Shown here piece by piece: positions 56,823 through 64,000 of a stretch of DNA of 64,000 nt (its first letter is position 1; every line of letters begins with the position of its first letter). A program made the position numbers and the translations under genes. This DNA comes from Gemmatimonadales bacterium. GTDB taxonomy: Bacteria; Gemmatimonadota; Gemmatimonadetes; Gemmatimonadales; Gemmatimonadaceae. The stretch lies in the NCBI GenBank assembly GCA_038203795.1, contig JBBRDP010000001.1:1024-65023 (forward strand), written 5' to 3'. The notes under the pieces are model-generated. The model saw nothing but the letters and a program-made list of their open reading frames with translations, made no database searches and was not told the DNA's origin.

Positions 56823-56833
56823 GCCGACCGTGC

Positions 56834-57667
56834 TCAGCGCGACGCCTCGGGCGTGGCGCGCACGCCCACCGCGTCGCCCACGCGACCGGCTGTAAAGTCG
56901 GGAATCGGCTGTCCTTCCCGCAGCAACTTGGTGACGAACCGCTGACCTTCCGCGACACGCTCGATTTCAATCGCGACCGAGTCGATGGCCTGCTCGAGCT
57001 GCCCGAACCGGGCGTCCGCCTGCGGCGAGATTGGTACGGCCGCCGGGCGGTTGCCACGCTTCCAGAGGAACCGCGCGCCCGACAGCGCGAGCGGCAGCAG
57101 GAGGAACAACGCCACCTTCGGCGTGATCGGACCGAGCCCGTAGTCGGGCGGTGGTTGCGGTGGCGCATCGGGCTCGCGGCTGGTCACTTCGAACAGCTTT
57201 GCGCTGAGCGAGGCGCGAAGTTCATTATTCGCGGCAATGTCCAACTCTTTTTTCATGATCTGTTCGTCAAGGAACTTGATGCGCTGTTCCACGCCATCGC
57301 TCGCCACCGACGAAGACGAATTGTTGAGCTCACGCACCAATTCTTTGCGGCGACCGGCGAGCCGACTCAGTTGACTCGTCAACGTGCTCGCTCGCTCGCC
57401 AAGTGCTTCGTACTGATCTGAGGTGAACGGAATCACCCCGTCGAAGCCGGGCGCGCTGAAGCCAATGGGCGTTCCAGACATCCCACCAGGTACCGGGAGT
57501 GCCGGTACGGGAAGTGCCGGCACGTCCGGAACTGGCGGAGGCAGCGGGGGCTGAGCCGGCGGTGTCTGGGCGGCTTGTGGACGCGCGAGAATTTCCATAC
57601 CCACAATACGGCGCGCAGCGCGGGGAGTTGCAAGGGGCAACCGTCGACCTACGAACGCGTGATTCAC
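56834..57667 (-). CDS. hypothetical protein (Pro-rich N-region, coiled coil, one TM helix)
   Basis: PPLPPPVPDVPALPVPALPVPGG, a coiled-coil segment, TM helix VALFLLLPLALSGARFLW. GTGA overlap with the pth stop. No family recognised. Confidence 0.45.
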   Translation of the reverse strand: MNHAFVGRRLPLATPRAARRIVGMEILARPQAAQTPPAQPPLPPPVPDVPALPVPALPVPGGMSGTPIGFSAPGFDGVIPFTSDQYEALGERASTLTSQLSRLAGRRKELVRELNNSSSSVASDGVEQRIKFLDEQIMKKELDIAANNELRASLSAKLFEVTSREPDAPPQPPPDYGLGPITPKVALFLLLPLALSGARFLWKRGNRPAAVPISPQADARFGQLEQAIDSVAIEIERVAEGQRFVTKLLREGQPIPDFTAGRVGDAVGVRATPEASR

Positions 57668-58236
57668 CGCCCCAGCGTACTGGCCGTCTTTTTCGTCCCC
57701 TCGCGCATCCAGGTGTCAGCCACCGTCGTGAGCCGATCAAACGTGCCTTCCAGCAGTTCCCGCTCGTCACGCGGCATCACGCGCAGCACGAAGTCGGCCA
57801 GGTTGCCGATGACACGCCGTTCGTCGATGGGCCGGATGCCCATACGCAGCCGCGGGTACTCCGGTGACCCAAGCTGCGCCTGAATCGACTTGAGCCCGTT
57901 GTGACCGCCCGTCGAGCCGCCGGCGCGAAAGCGGTACTCACCCACCGGAATCGCGATGTCATCGACGACCACAAGCAGGTCTTCGGCCGCCTCGAAGCCA
58001 GCCCGACCCATATACGAGCGCAGGGTCGCACCGGACAAGTTCATAAAGGTTTGTGGCTTGACCAGACGCACGCGCAGCGGGCCGAGATAGCCATCCGAGA
58101 CGTGTGTGTCGCGATCCTTGCGCCAGGCTTCGCATGGCCAGGTGCGCGCGAGATGATCGAGAAACCACCATCCGGCGTTGTGGCGGGTGGCCTCGTATTC
58201 GCGCCCCGGATTGCCGAGGCCCATGATGATTTTCAC
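57664..58236 (-). CDS. pth: aminoacyl-tRNA (peptidyl-tRNA) hydrolase
   Basis: (V)KIIMGLGNPGREYEATRHNAGWWFLD, MNLSG, VVVDDIAIPVG, GGHNGLKSI. Start placed at GTG 58236. Confidence 0.9.
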   Translation of the reverse strand: MKIIMGLGNPGREYEATRHNAGWWFLDHLARTWPCEAWRKDRDTHVSDGYLGPLRVRLVKPQTFMNLSGATLRSYMGRAGFEAAEDLLVVVDDIAIPVGEYRFRAGGSTGGHNGLKSIQAQLGSPEYPRLRMGIRPIDERRVIGNLADFVLRVMPRDERELLEGTFDRLTTVADTWMREGTKKTASTLGR

Positions 58237-58320
58237 GGTATCGGGGTCGATGTGGGGAGATACGCCAAGGGCGCGCGAGTGGTTGATGAACCGCTCGCGC
58301 GCCCTGACCACCACGACGCG

Positions 58321-58950
58321 TTACTTGACGTCGTCGGGCTTGACCTTGCGGATGACTTCGGGCTCGGCGACAGCGGCAGCCGGCTCAGCGGCCGCCTTGG
58401 CCGGCTGCACGATCGCGACGGTGGTGCCCGCATCGTCCATGACTTTCACGCCAGCCGGCAACACGATATCAGAAACGTGCAAGGAGTTGCCGACGTGCAT
58501 GTCTGTGATGTCGACGTTGATGTGGTCGGGAATGTTCGCCGGCAGCGCTTCGATCGTGAGCTCGTGCAGGATCTGATCGAGGATACCCGCGTCGACGCGC
58601 ACGCCGATGGGCGTGCCCACGTACACGATCGGGCACTTGAGCGTGATGGTTTCGCCGGCGACAACTTCCTGGAAGTCGACGTGCATGACCTGCTTCTTGA
58701 ACGGATGGCGCTGGATCTCGCGAATGAGCGAGCGCGCCGGTGTCCCGCCCAGGTCGAGATCGATCACCGTGCTGCCGGCCGCCACACTCTTGATGAGGCG
58801 GTCGAACTCACGGGCGTTGATGGTGAGCGACTGCGGCTCGCGGCCGTGGCCGTAAATGACAGCGGGGATTTCACCGTTCTGACGAAGCTTACGCGCGACG
58901 CCCTTGCCGGTGTCGTGACGGAGCGTTGCGGAAAGAGATGCGGAGGTCAT
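58321..58950 (-). CDS. rplY: 50S ribosomal protein L25/general stress protein Ctc
   Basis: LSATLRHDTGKGVARKLRQNGEIPAVIYGHG..IQRHPFKKQVMHVDF, plus the Ctc-type C-terminal domain. Start at ATG 58950. Confidence 0.9.
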   Translation of the reverse strand: MTSASLSATLRHDTGKGVARKLRQNGEIPAVIYGHGREPQSLTINAREFDRLIKSVAAGSTVIDLDLGGTPARSLIREIQRHPFKKQVMHVDFQEVVAGETITLKCPIVYVGTPIGVRVDAGILDQILHELTIEALPANIPDHINVDITDMHVGNSLHVSDIVLPAGVKVMDDAGTTVAIVQPAKAAAEPAAAVAEPEVIRKVKPDDVK

Positions 58951-58999
58951 GGCAGGGCTCTGGGAGATCGCGTGGACAACTGAGTGAAGTGCGCGCCGG

Positions 59000-59953
59000 T
59001 TAGTCGAACAGCGAGCTGACGGACTGATCGGAATGCGTGAAGCGGATCGCCTTGGCCACCAACTCTCCAACCGAGAGGATGGTGAGCGAGGGGAACCGCC
59101 GCTCTGGCGGTACGGCAATGGTGTCGGTTAACACCACTTCCTTGATGGGCGCTGCGGAGAGCCGCTCAACGGCGGGGCCGGAGAGCAACGCATGCGTGGC
59201 GCACACATAAATGTCGTTGGCCCCGAGCTCTTTGAGAGCACGAGCGGCTTCAGACACGGTCCCTGCGGTGTCGATCATGTCGTCGGGAATGATGCAATCC
59301 CGGCCGGCCACTTCACCCACCACATTGACCACTTCGGCAACGTTCGCCTTGGGACGACGCTTGTCGATGATCGCCAGTGATGCGTCGAGTCGCTTTGCGA
59401 ACCCGCGCGCCATCTTGGCCGACCCGACATCGGGCGCCACCACGACGAGATCCTTCAACTGCTTCTTGCGAAAATGCGAGACGAACACCGGTGCGGCGTA
59501 GAGGTGATCGACTGGAATATCAAAGAATCCCTGCAACTGATGCTGATGGAAGTCGATGCCGAGCAATCGATCTGCACCGGCCGTTTCAATCAGATTGGCG
59601 ACCAACTTGGCGCCAATGGCGACGCGCGGCTGGTCTTTTCGGTCCTGGCGTGCGTAGCCGAAGTAGGGCAACACACACGTAATGCGCGCCGCTGACGCAC
59701 GGCGGACCGCGTCGATCAACAGCAACAACTCCAGCACGTTCTCTGCGGGCGGATTCGTGGGCTGCACGATGAAGACGTCGGCACCGCGGATGTTCTCATC
59801 GATGCGCACGAACACTTCACCGTCTGCGAAGCGCGATACCGCGACGCGACACAGTTCCGTTCCCAAGTAACCAGCGATCGATTCCGCGAGGGCCGGATTG
59901 GCCGTACCGGAGAGAATCTTGAAGCCACTTTTGGAGACAGCCAGCCGATCCAT
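59000..59953 (-). CDS. prs: ribose-phosphate pyrophosphokinase
   Basis: FKILSGTANPALAESIA, FADGEVFVRIDENIRG, LPYFGYARQDRK, DDMIDTAGT (PRPP loop). Confidence 0.95.
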   Translation of the reverse strand: MDRLAVSKSGFKILSGTANPALAESIAGYLGTELCRVAVSRFADGEVFVRIDENIRGADVFIVQPTNPPAENVLELLLLIDAVRRASAARITCVLPYFGYARQDRKDQPRVAIGAKLVANLIETAGADRLLGIDFHQHQLQGFFDIPVDHLYAAPVFVSHFRKKQLKDLVVVAPDVGSAKMARGFAKRLDASLAIIDKRRPKANVAEVVNVVGEVAGRDCIIPDDMIDTAGTVSEAARALKELGANDIYVCATHALLSGPAVERLSAAPIKEVVLTDTIAVPPERRFPSLTILSVGELVAKAIRFTHSDQSVSSLFD

Positions 59954-60100
59954 CGACCGCAGCCTTGATAATTAGCGAGAATAAGAGTGCGGGGACAAGG
60001 GCCAGCGGCGCCTTGCCTCCGCACGAGACGTGTTCAGTGCTGCAACCAGCCAGCCTCTCAACATAACCGGCCCGGATCGGAAACGGAGCCCCCGCCGGAC

Positions 60101-60142
60101 GGAAAAACGAGCGCCCGCCAACCCCGAGGGATCGGCGGGCGC
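60101..60142 (-). terminator. rho-independent terminator after tRNA-Gln
   Basis: 9-bp GC stem GCGCCCGCC/GGCGGGCGC (60111-60119 / 60134-60142). On the (-) strand it is followed by TCGTTTTTCC. Confidence 0.7.
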
Positions 60143-60147
60143 CCAAG

Positions 60148-60218
60148 TTGCCCCGCTTGGATTCGAACCAAGATAGCCACATCCAAAGTGTGGAGTCCTG
60201 CCATTGGACGACAGGGCA
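60148..60218 (-). tRNA. tRNA-Gln (anticodon UUG)
   Basis: I folded the cloverleaf by hand. Acceptor TGCCCTG/CGGGGCA, D-arm GTCC-AATGGCA-GGAC, anticodon arm CCACA-CTTTGGA-TGTGG, T-arm CTTGG-TTCGAAT-CCAAG, discriminator A. 71 nt. CCA is not encoded. Confidence 0.9.
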
Positions 60219-60237
60219 GTGTCCTGCTGCTCCTAAA

Positions 60238-61176
60238 CTAGACGATTGGCACCGGAGCGACAATTGCCCCGGCCGTTCGGGTTTCCACCAGACGCTCACC
60301 GTCGGCCATGGCCGGCCAATCCGTTCCGCTGGTGGGCGCGTGCAGCAGGAAACAGGTCGCCCCACTGCCGGACATGAGCCCGATGCACACCGCACCCTGC
60401 TCGCGCAGCGCCTTCGCGGCCCTTCGAACGAGCGGCAACCATCGCGCCACCCCTGTGTGCAGCGCGGGAACTACCTGCTCGAAATCATTCTCCGCCAGCC
60501 GCGCGATGGACTCCCAAGCGCTGAACGCCGCTGCATCATAGTGTGCCGATCGCGCGGCGCGCGACGATTCACGCTGTCGCGCGAGGGCGCCGTACGCGGC
60601 TGCGGTATTCACGCCGTCGGCAAACGTGACCAGCCGGACGGCCATGGTCGGCAGCGCCGGGAGCCCCAACAGCCGGTCGCCTCGCGACCATCCCCAAGCG
60701 AGCAACTCATCGCTCGCGAGAAATGGCACGTCCGACCCGAGTTCGCCGGCCAACTCCATCAGCGCGGGCTGCGCGAGCGGTGTTGGTGCAATTGCGTTCA
60801 GTCCGCGCAACACGGCGGCGGCGTCGGCACTCCCACCACCGAGTCCGCCGCCCACTGGAATGTGTTTGTCGATGTGCATGGCGAAGCCCGTTGGCCAACC
60901 CACGCACTCTGTGAACCGCACCGCCGCGCGCCACGCCAGATTGTCTTCCGGCGCGCCGAGTCCCGCCGCCGGCATGGCCGGCCCGTCGCACGTGACCGAA
61001 CGATCCGTGACGTCGGTGCGAATGCGCACGCGGTCGCACAGCGCGAGTTTGATGAACAGCGTTTCGAGGCTGTGAAAGCCGCCGCCTTCCCGGGCGAGCA
61101 CATGGAGCAGCAGGTTGAGTTTCGCCGGGGCATCCACGTGCACACCACGCACCAGCCGCGCGCGTGCGGATGTCAT
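60238..61176 (-). CDS. ispE: 4-(cytidine 5-prime-diphospho)-2-C-methyl-D-erythritol kinase
   Basis: APAKLNLLLHV N-terminal motif and GHMP kinase loop KHIPVGGGLGGGSADAAAVL. The conserved ispE / tRNA-Gln / prs / ctc / pth neighbourhood supports the call. Confidence 0.9.
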   Translation of the reverse strand: MTSARARLVRGVHVDAPAKLNLLLHVLAREGGGFHSLETLFIKLALCDRVRIRTDVTDRSVTCDGPAMPAAGLGAPEDNLAWRAAVRFTECVGWPTGFAMHIDKHIPVGGGLGGGSADAAAVLRGLNAIAPTPLAQPALMELAGELGSDVPFLASDELLAWGWSRGDRLLGLPALPTMAVRLVTFADGVNTAAAYGALARQRESSRAARSAHYDAAAFSAWESIARLAENDFEQVVPALHTGVARWLPLVRRAAKALREQGAVCIGLMSGSGATCFLLHAPTSGTDWPAMADGERLVETRTAGAIVAPVPIV

Positions 61177-62246
61177 CTCGGCTCCCGTTGCACGTCGCCT
61201 TCACCCGCAAACGTCTCGCGCGCCTCCGCGATATCACGCTCACGCGCGGCGGCACCACCGATGTCGCGCAAACTGATGCCGAGCCGCAATAAATACACGA
61301 TGCCAATCAGCGTAATCGGAATGAACGTCAACACGTGGAAGCCAATGGCCCAGCTCAGCGCGAGCGATTTGCTCACACCGTACACACTCAGACCCGCCGC
61401 TGCTGCGATTTCGAACACTCCGACAAAGCCGGGTGACGACGGAATCGCGACCGCGAACCCAAGTACGCCTTGCAGGAATAACGCGGCGCTGAACGGTGCA
61501 TCGAGCCCAACGGCGCGAAACCCGATCCACAGCGCCAGCGCGTGCACGAGCCAGTGCAACACGGCCCACCACAACACGGCCAGAAACCGACGCGCGTCGC
61601 GCAGCACCGCGAGCCCGCCGAGCGCTTGCTCGGCAAATCCTACAATTCGATCAGTGAATCTGGCCAACACACGATCGGCAACAGCGCGAACAACCTGCAG
61701 CACACGTGCGGGCATCAGCACGGCGAGATAGCAGATCACCAGCAGCCCGATCACGGCCGCGATACCACCGCTCGCGAACTGCGGGACCGTCATGCCGGCC
61801 ACGCGTGCGTTCGCCGGGAATGCGGGAGACAACATGGCGCCGAACATCAGCCCAAGCAGCACAACCGCGTCGAAAATGCGATCCACCGCCAGAGACGCCA
61901 ACGACGACGTGAACGTGACGCGCGGCACTTCCCGAGTGAGGGCATAGGCGCGCGCGACTTCTCCCGCGCGTGCCGGTACCACATTGTTCACCATCATCCC
62001 GATCGCGGTGCTGCGCCACAGCGGGCCAAACGGAATGCGGCCGGCGACGGGTTCGAGAATTGTTTGCCAGCGTCGTGCGCGCAGCGGAAAGATCAGCGTC
62101 GCGACGAACGCGCTCAACGCGAACAACCATGGGTTGGACGCACGCAAGACACCGGCGATGTCGCCAAGCGGCACCGCCCGAAGGGCCAGCCACAACAGCA
62201 CCGCGCTGACCGCGAAGCCAAGCGCAACCTTCCAGTCGAGTTTCAC
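61173..62246 (-). CDS. flippase-like (UPF0104 / lysyl-phosphatidylglycerol-synthase TM-region-like) membrane protein
   Basis: MKLDWKVALGFAVSAVLLWLALR..FPLRARRWQ.., with ~8 TM helices. GTG start. Its stop overlaps the ispE ATG (ATGA). Confidence 0.7.
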   Translation of the reverse strand: MKLDWKVALGFAVSAVLLWLALRAVPLGDIAGVLRASNPWLFALSAFVATLIFPLRARRWQTILEPVAGRIPFGPLWRSTAIGMMVNNVVPARAGEVARAYALTREVPRVTFTSSLASLAVDRIFDAVVLLGLMFGAMLSPAFPANARVAGMTVPQFASGGIAAVIGLLVICYLAVLMPARVLQVVRAVADRVLARFTDRIVGFAEQALGGLAVLRDARRFLAVLWWAVLHWLVHALALWIGFRAVGLDAPFSAALFLQGVLGFAVAIPSSPGFVGVFEIAAAAGLSVYGVSKSLALSWAIGFHVLTFIPITLIGIVYLLRLGISLRDIGGAAARERDIAEARETFAGEGDVQREPR

Positions 62247-62255
62247 GACGTGATA

Positions 62256-63443
62256 CTAACGGGCCACGGCGAGATCGAGCAGGTCACTGAGCTCATCGAG
62301 GAGGGCGGCGGCCGTTGGATCGAGCGAGGTGCCGCCCGCCCGTTGCCACGCCAGACGCAATTCATCGCGTACCACGCGCGCCCGGGCGAGCGCGCCGGGC
62401 CCGTCGTACAGCAACGATTCGACGGCGACGATCCCGTTGGCATCTTCTGTAGTGAGCGCGCGTGTCGGCGTGACGTTCGGCACGAACGCTGGCGGTATGG
62501 CCGAAGGAATCATTCGCGGGATCGCGGCCGCAATGGCCGCCGACGCGACGGACGGAGCCGTGATGGCCGCAGACGCGACAGGTGTGCGCGCACGCGGCGT
62601 CACTCCGCGCACGGCGTCGGTGCCGGGCCACGTGGTCGACTGGTCACGCACGCGCGCCGCGAGCTCCTGCTCGGTGAGTTCGCGGTCCATGAGCAAATGC
62701 GCGAACGATTGAATCGCGATGCGCTCCGGCGCGTGTTCCATCGCCGAGCGCGCCATGCGCATGGCGAGCGTCGCAATGGATGTGGCGCCGTAGCTTTCGG
62801 CGACATCGGACAACCCCAGCAACGCGCGTCGGAGCGCGTCGGTCAGCGCCAGCTGCTGCGGACCACGTTCACCGGTGGCCAGGTTGGCGCTTTCGCGCGC
62901 CACGCCATCGGCGGCCGCCGCCATATCCGACCGAAAGCGTTCGGCCAGCGTGAGCGGCGGATTGGGGTTGCGTTCAACGAGGCCAGGCGCGCCGTCGTCG
63001 GGGAACAGACGCGCAATCGGGACGACGGGAGAGGCGGGTGAGGCGGCCGGCGACAGCGAGGCGAGATATCCGGCGGCCACGGCGGCCAGCGCCACGGAGT
63101 GCGTGCGCGCCTGCCGTTGCTCGCCGTCTGTCCAGTGCTCCGATTTGTTCACAAGGGCGCGCAGTTCAACCAAGGCGCCGCGGACCGCAAAGTGCAGCCG
63201 CTGATCCCACCGCAGTTCGCCGTCGCGGAGTCCACCGGCGATGCGTTCCATCGTCGAGGCAAGCTCCGGCAGGCCGCTAAGCCGCGTCATGCTCGCGGCA
63301 CCGCGGAGCGCCCGCGCCTGCGCGAGGAACGACGCGCCATCCGGCGCGATGAGCTCGTCACCGGCCAGGAGCTGGTCGAGGCGGTCGAGATACTCGGTGG
63401 CTTCCTGACGAAAGAAGCCGAGCAACGCTGGCGGAGTGCTCAT
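62256..63443 (-). CDS. hypothetical protein with HPt-like N-terminal helical bundle lacking the phospho-accepting His
   Basis: The N-terminus LLGFFRQEATEYLDRLDQLL...FLAQARALRGAASMTRLSGL resembles the CheA-P1/HPt FxxEaxE..L...R.aHtlKG pattern, but with Arg/Leu where His is expected. The remainder is Ala/Pro-rich and helical. This is a weak call. Confidence 0.4.
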   Translation of the reverse strand: MSTPPALLGFFRQEATEYLDRLDQLLAGDELIAPDGASFLAQARALRGAASMTRLSGLPELASTMERIAGGLRDGELRWDQRLHFAVRGALVELRALVNKSEHWTDGEQRQARTHSVALAAVAAGYLASLSPAASPASPVVPIARLFPDDGAPGLVERNPNPPLTLAERFRSDMAAAADGVARESANLATGERGPQQLALTDALRRALLGLSDVAESYGATSIATLAMRMARSAMEHAPERIAIQSFAHLLMDRELTEQELAARVRDQSTTWPGTDAVRGVTPRARTPVASAAITAPSVASAAIAAAIPRMIPSAIPPAFVPNVTPTRALTTEDANGIVAVESLLYDGPGALARARVVRDELRLAWQRAGGTSLDPTAAALLDELSDLLDLAVAR

Positions 63444-64000
63444 GTCGAAGGGGAACGGGCAAGATCCATGGCGACGCGTACCTCACGAACAGCCTCGGCC
63501 AGCCCGACAAACACCGCGCGGCCGATGATGGAATGTCCGATGTTGAGCTCTTCAATCCCGTCAATCGCCGCGATCGGGCCGACGTTCCGGGCGGTCAGAC
63601 CGTGTCCGGCATGCACCGCGAGCCCAAGTGAGCGGCCCAATTCAGTGGCTTCGCGGAGTGCACGCACTGTGGCCGGTTCATCCGGATGGTGGGAATAGGT
63701 GCCCGTGTGCAGTTCGATCGCATCGGCGCCCAGATCGTGGGCCCCGCGAATCGCGACCGGATCGGGGTCAATGAAGAGACTACTGCGTACCCCCGCACGT
63801 TTCAGGCGCGACACCGCCTGTGCCAGCAGTGTGACGTTTCGGACGACATCCAGTCCTCCTTCTGTGGTTACTTCCTGTCGTCGTTCGGGCACCAGGGTGA
63901 CCTCCTGTGGACGCAGCCGTTCGGCCAGATCAAGCATCTCGTCGAGGGCGGCACACTCAAGGTTGAGCGGGGTGGTAATCGAAGCGGCCAGACGGTGAAT
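63440..64000 (-). CDS. pdxJ: pyridoxine 5-prime-phosphate synthase (C-terminal ~185 codons; the N-terminus lies beyond the window end)
   Basis: VTLVPERRQEVTTEGGLDV, SLFIDPD, GADAIELHTGTY, VHAGHGL, ELNIGHSIIGRAVFVGL. The reading frame stays open to position 64000. Confidence 0.9.
   Translation of the reverse strand: MHRLAASITTPLNLECAALDEMLDLAERLRPQEVTLVPERRQEVTTEGGLDVVRNVTLLAQAVSRLKRAGVRSSLFIDPDPVAIRGAHDLGADAIELHTGTYSHHPDEPATVRALREATELGRSLGLAVHAGHGLTARNVGPIAAIDGIEELNIGHSIIGRAVFVGLAEAVREVRVAMDLARSPST

Noticed and set aside
60148-60218. tRNA-Gln lacks an encoded 3-prime CCA and is only 71 nt long.
   Set aside because: Post-transcriptional CCA addition is common in many bacterial lineages, and the cloverleaf is otherwise canonical. 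This is not an anomaly.

Overview
This is a visibly GC-rich bacterial chromosomal segment. It is densely packed, with about 58 CDS, one tRNA-Gln(UUG), and very short or overlapping gene junctions. The content is almost entirely housekeeping. It covers translation (prfA-prmC, rpsF-rpsR-rplI, rsfS, rplY/ctc-pth, ychF, rimO) and chromosome biology (smc, comM, dps, tmk, an SRAP peptidase). It also covers envelope functions (lepB, spoIID-like, lolA, an S41 protease, SPOR proteins, a TolB/Omp85-type giant, and OMPs). Metabolism is represented by hemL, DAHP synthase, prs, ispE, pdxJ, an aldehyde dehydrogenase, hyuA/hyuB and the H+-PPase, and regulators by an RpoD-like sigma factor, an NtrC-type regulator, Crp/Fnr, a CsoR-like repressor, YajQ and YlbF-like. 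The protein repertoire suggests a diderm of the FCB/Gemmatimonadota type: a QNFPNPF-type C-terminal domain, SPOR lipoproteins and a PD40+Omp85 fusion. That assignment is inference only. I see no transposase, integrase, phage gene, CRISPR array, restriction-modification system or recognisable defence/toxin system, so most of the window is ordinary core genome.

The items I consider worth a second look are:
1. In the largest intergenic gap (53.18-53.82 kb), a 53-bp perfect inverted repeat is embedded in Gly-Asn-codon microsatellites. Read inward, it forms the 3-prime ends of two convergent small ORFs with an identical C-terminal peptide.
2. A UDG-superfamily ORF is wedged by ATGA overlaps between hyuA and hyuB.
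3. Three tandem copies of a ~25-bp unit lie just upstream of the SRAP (yedK-like) gene.
4. Two SPOR-domain proteins are translationally coupled to smc, one with a degenerate ParA/MinD-like P-loop. They sit inside a ~14 kb head-to-tail gene string.
5. An uncharacterised His-rich lipoprotein lies next to a small OMP.

Start codons are my best guesses. The ORF track uses alternative starts, and many long antisense ORFs are GC artefacts.
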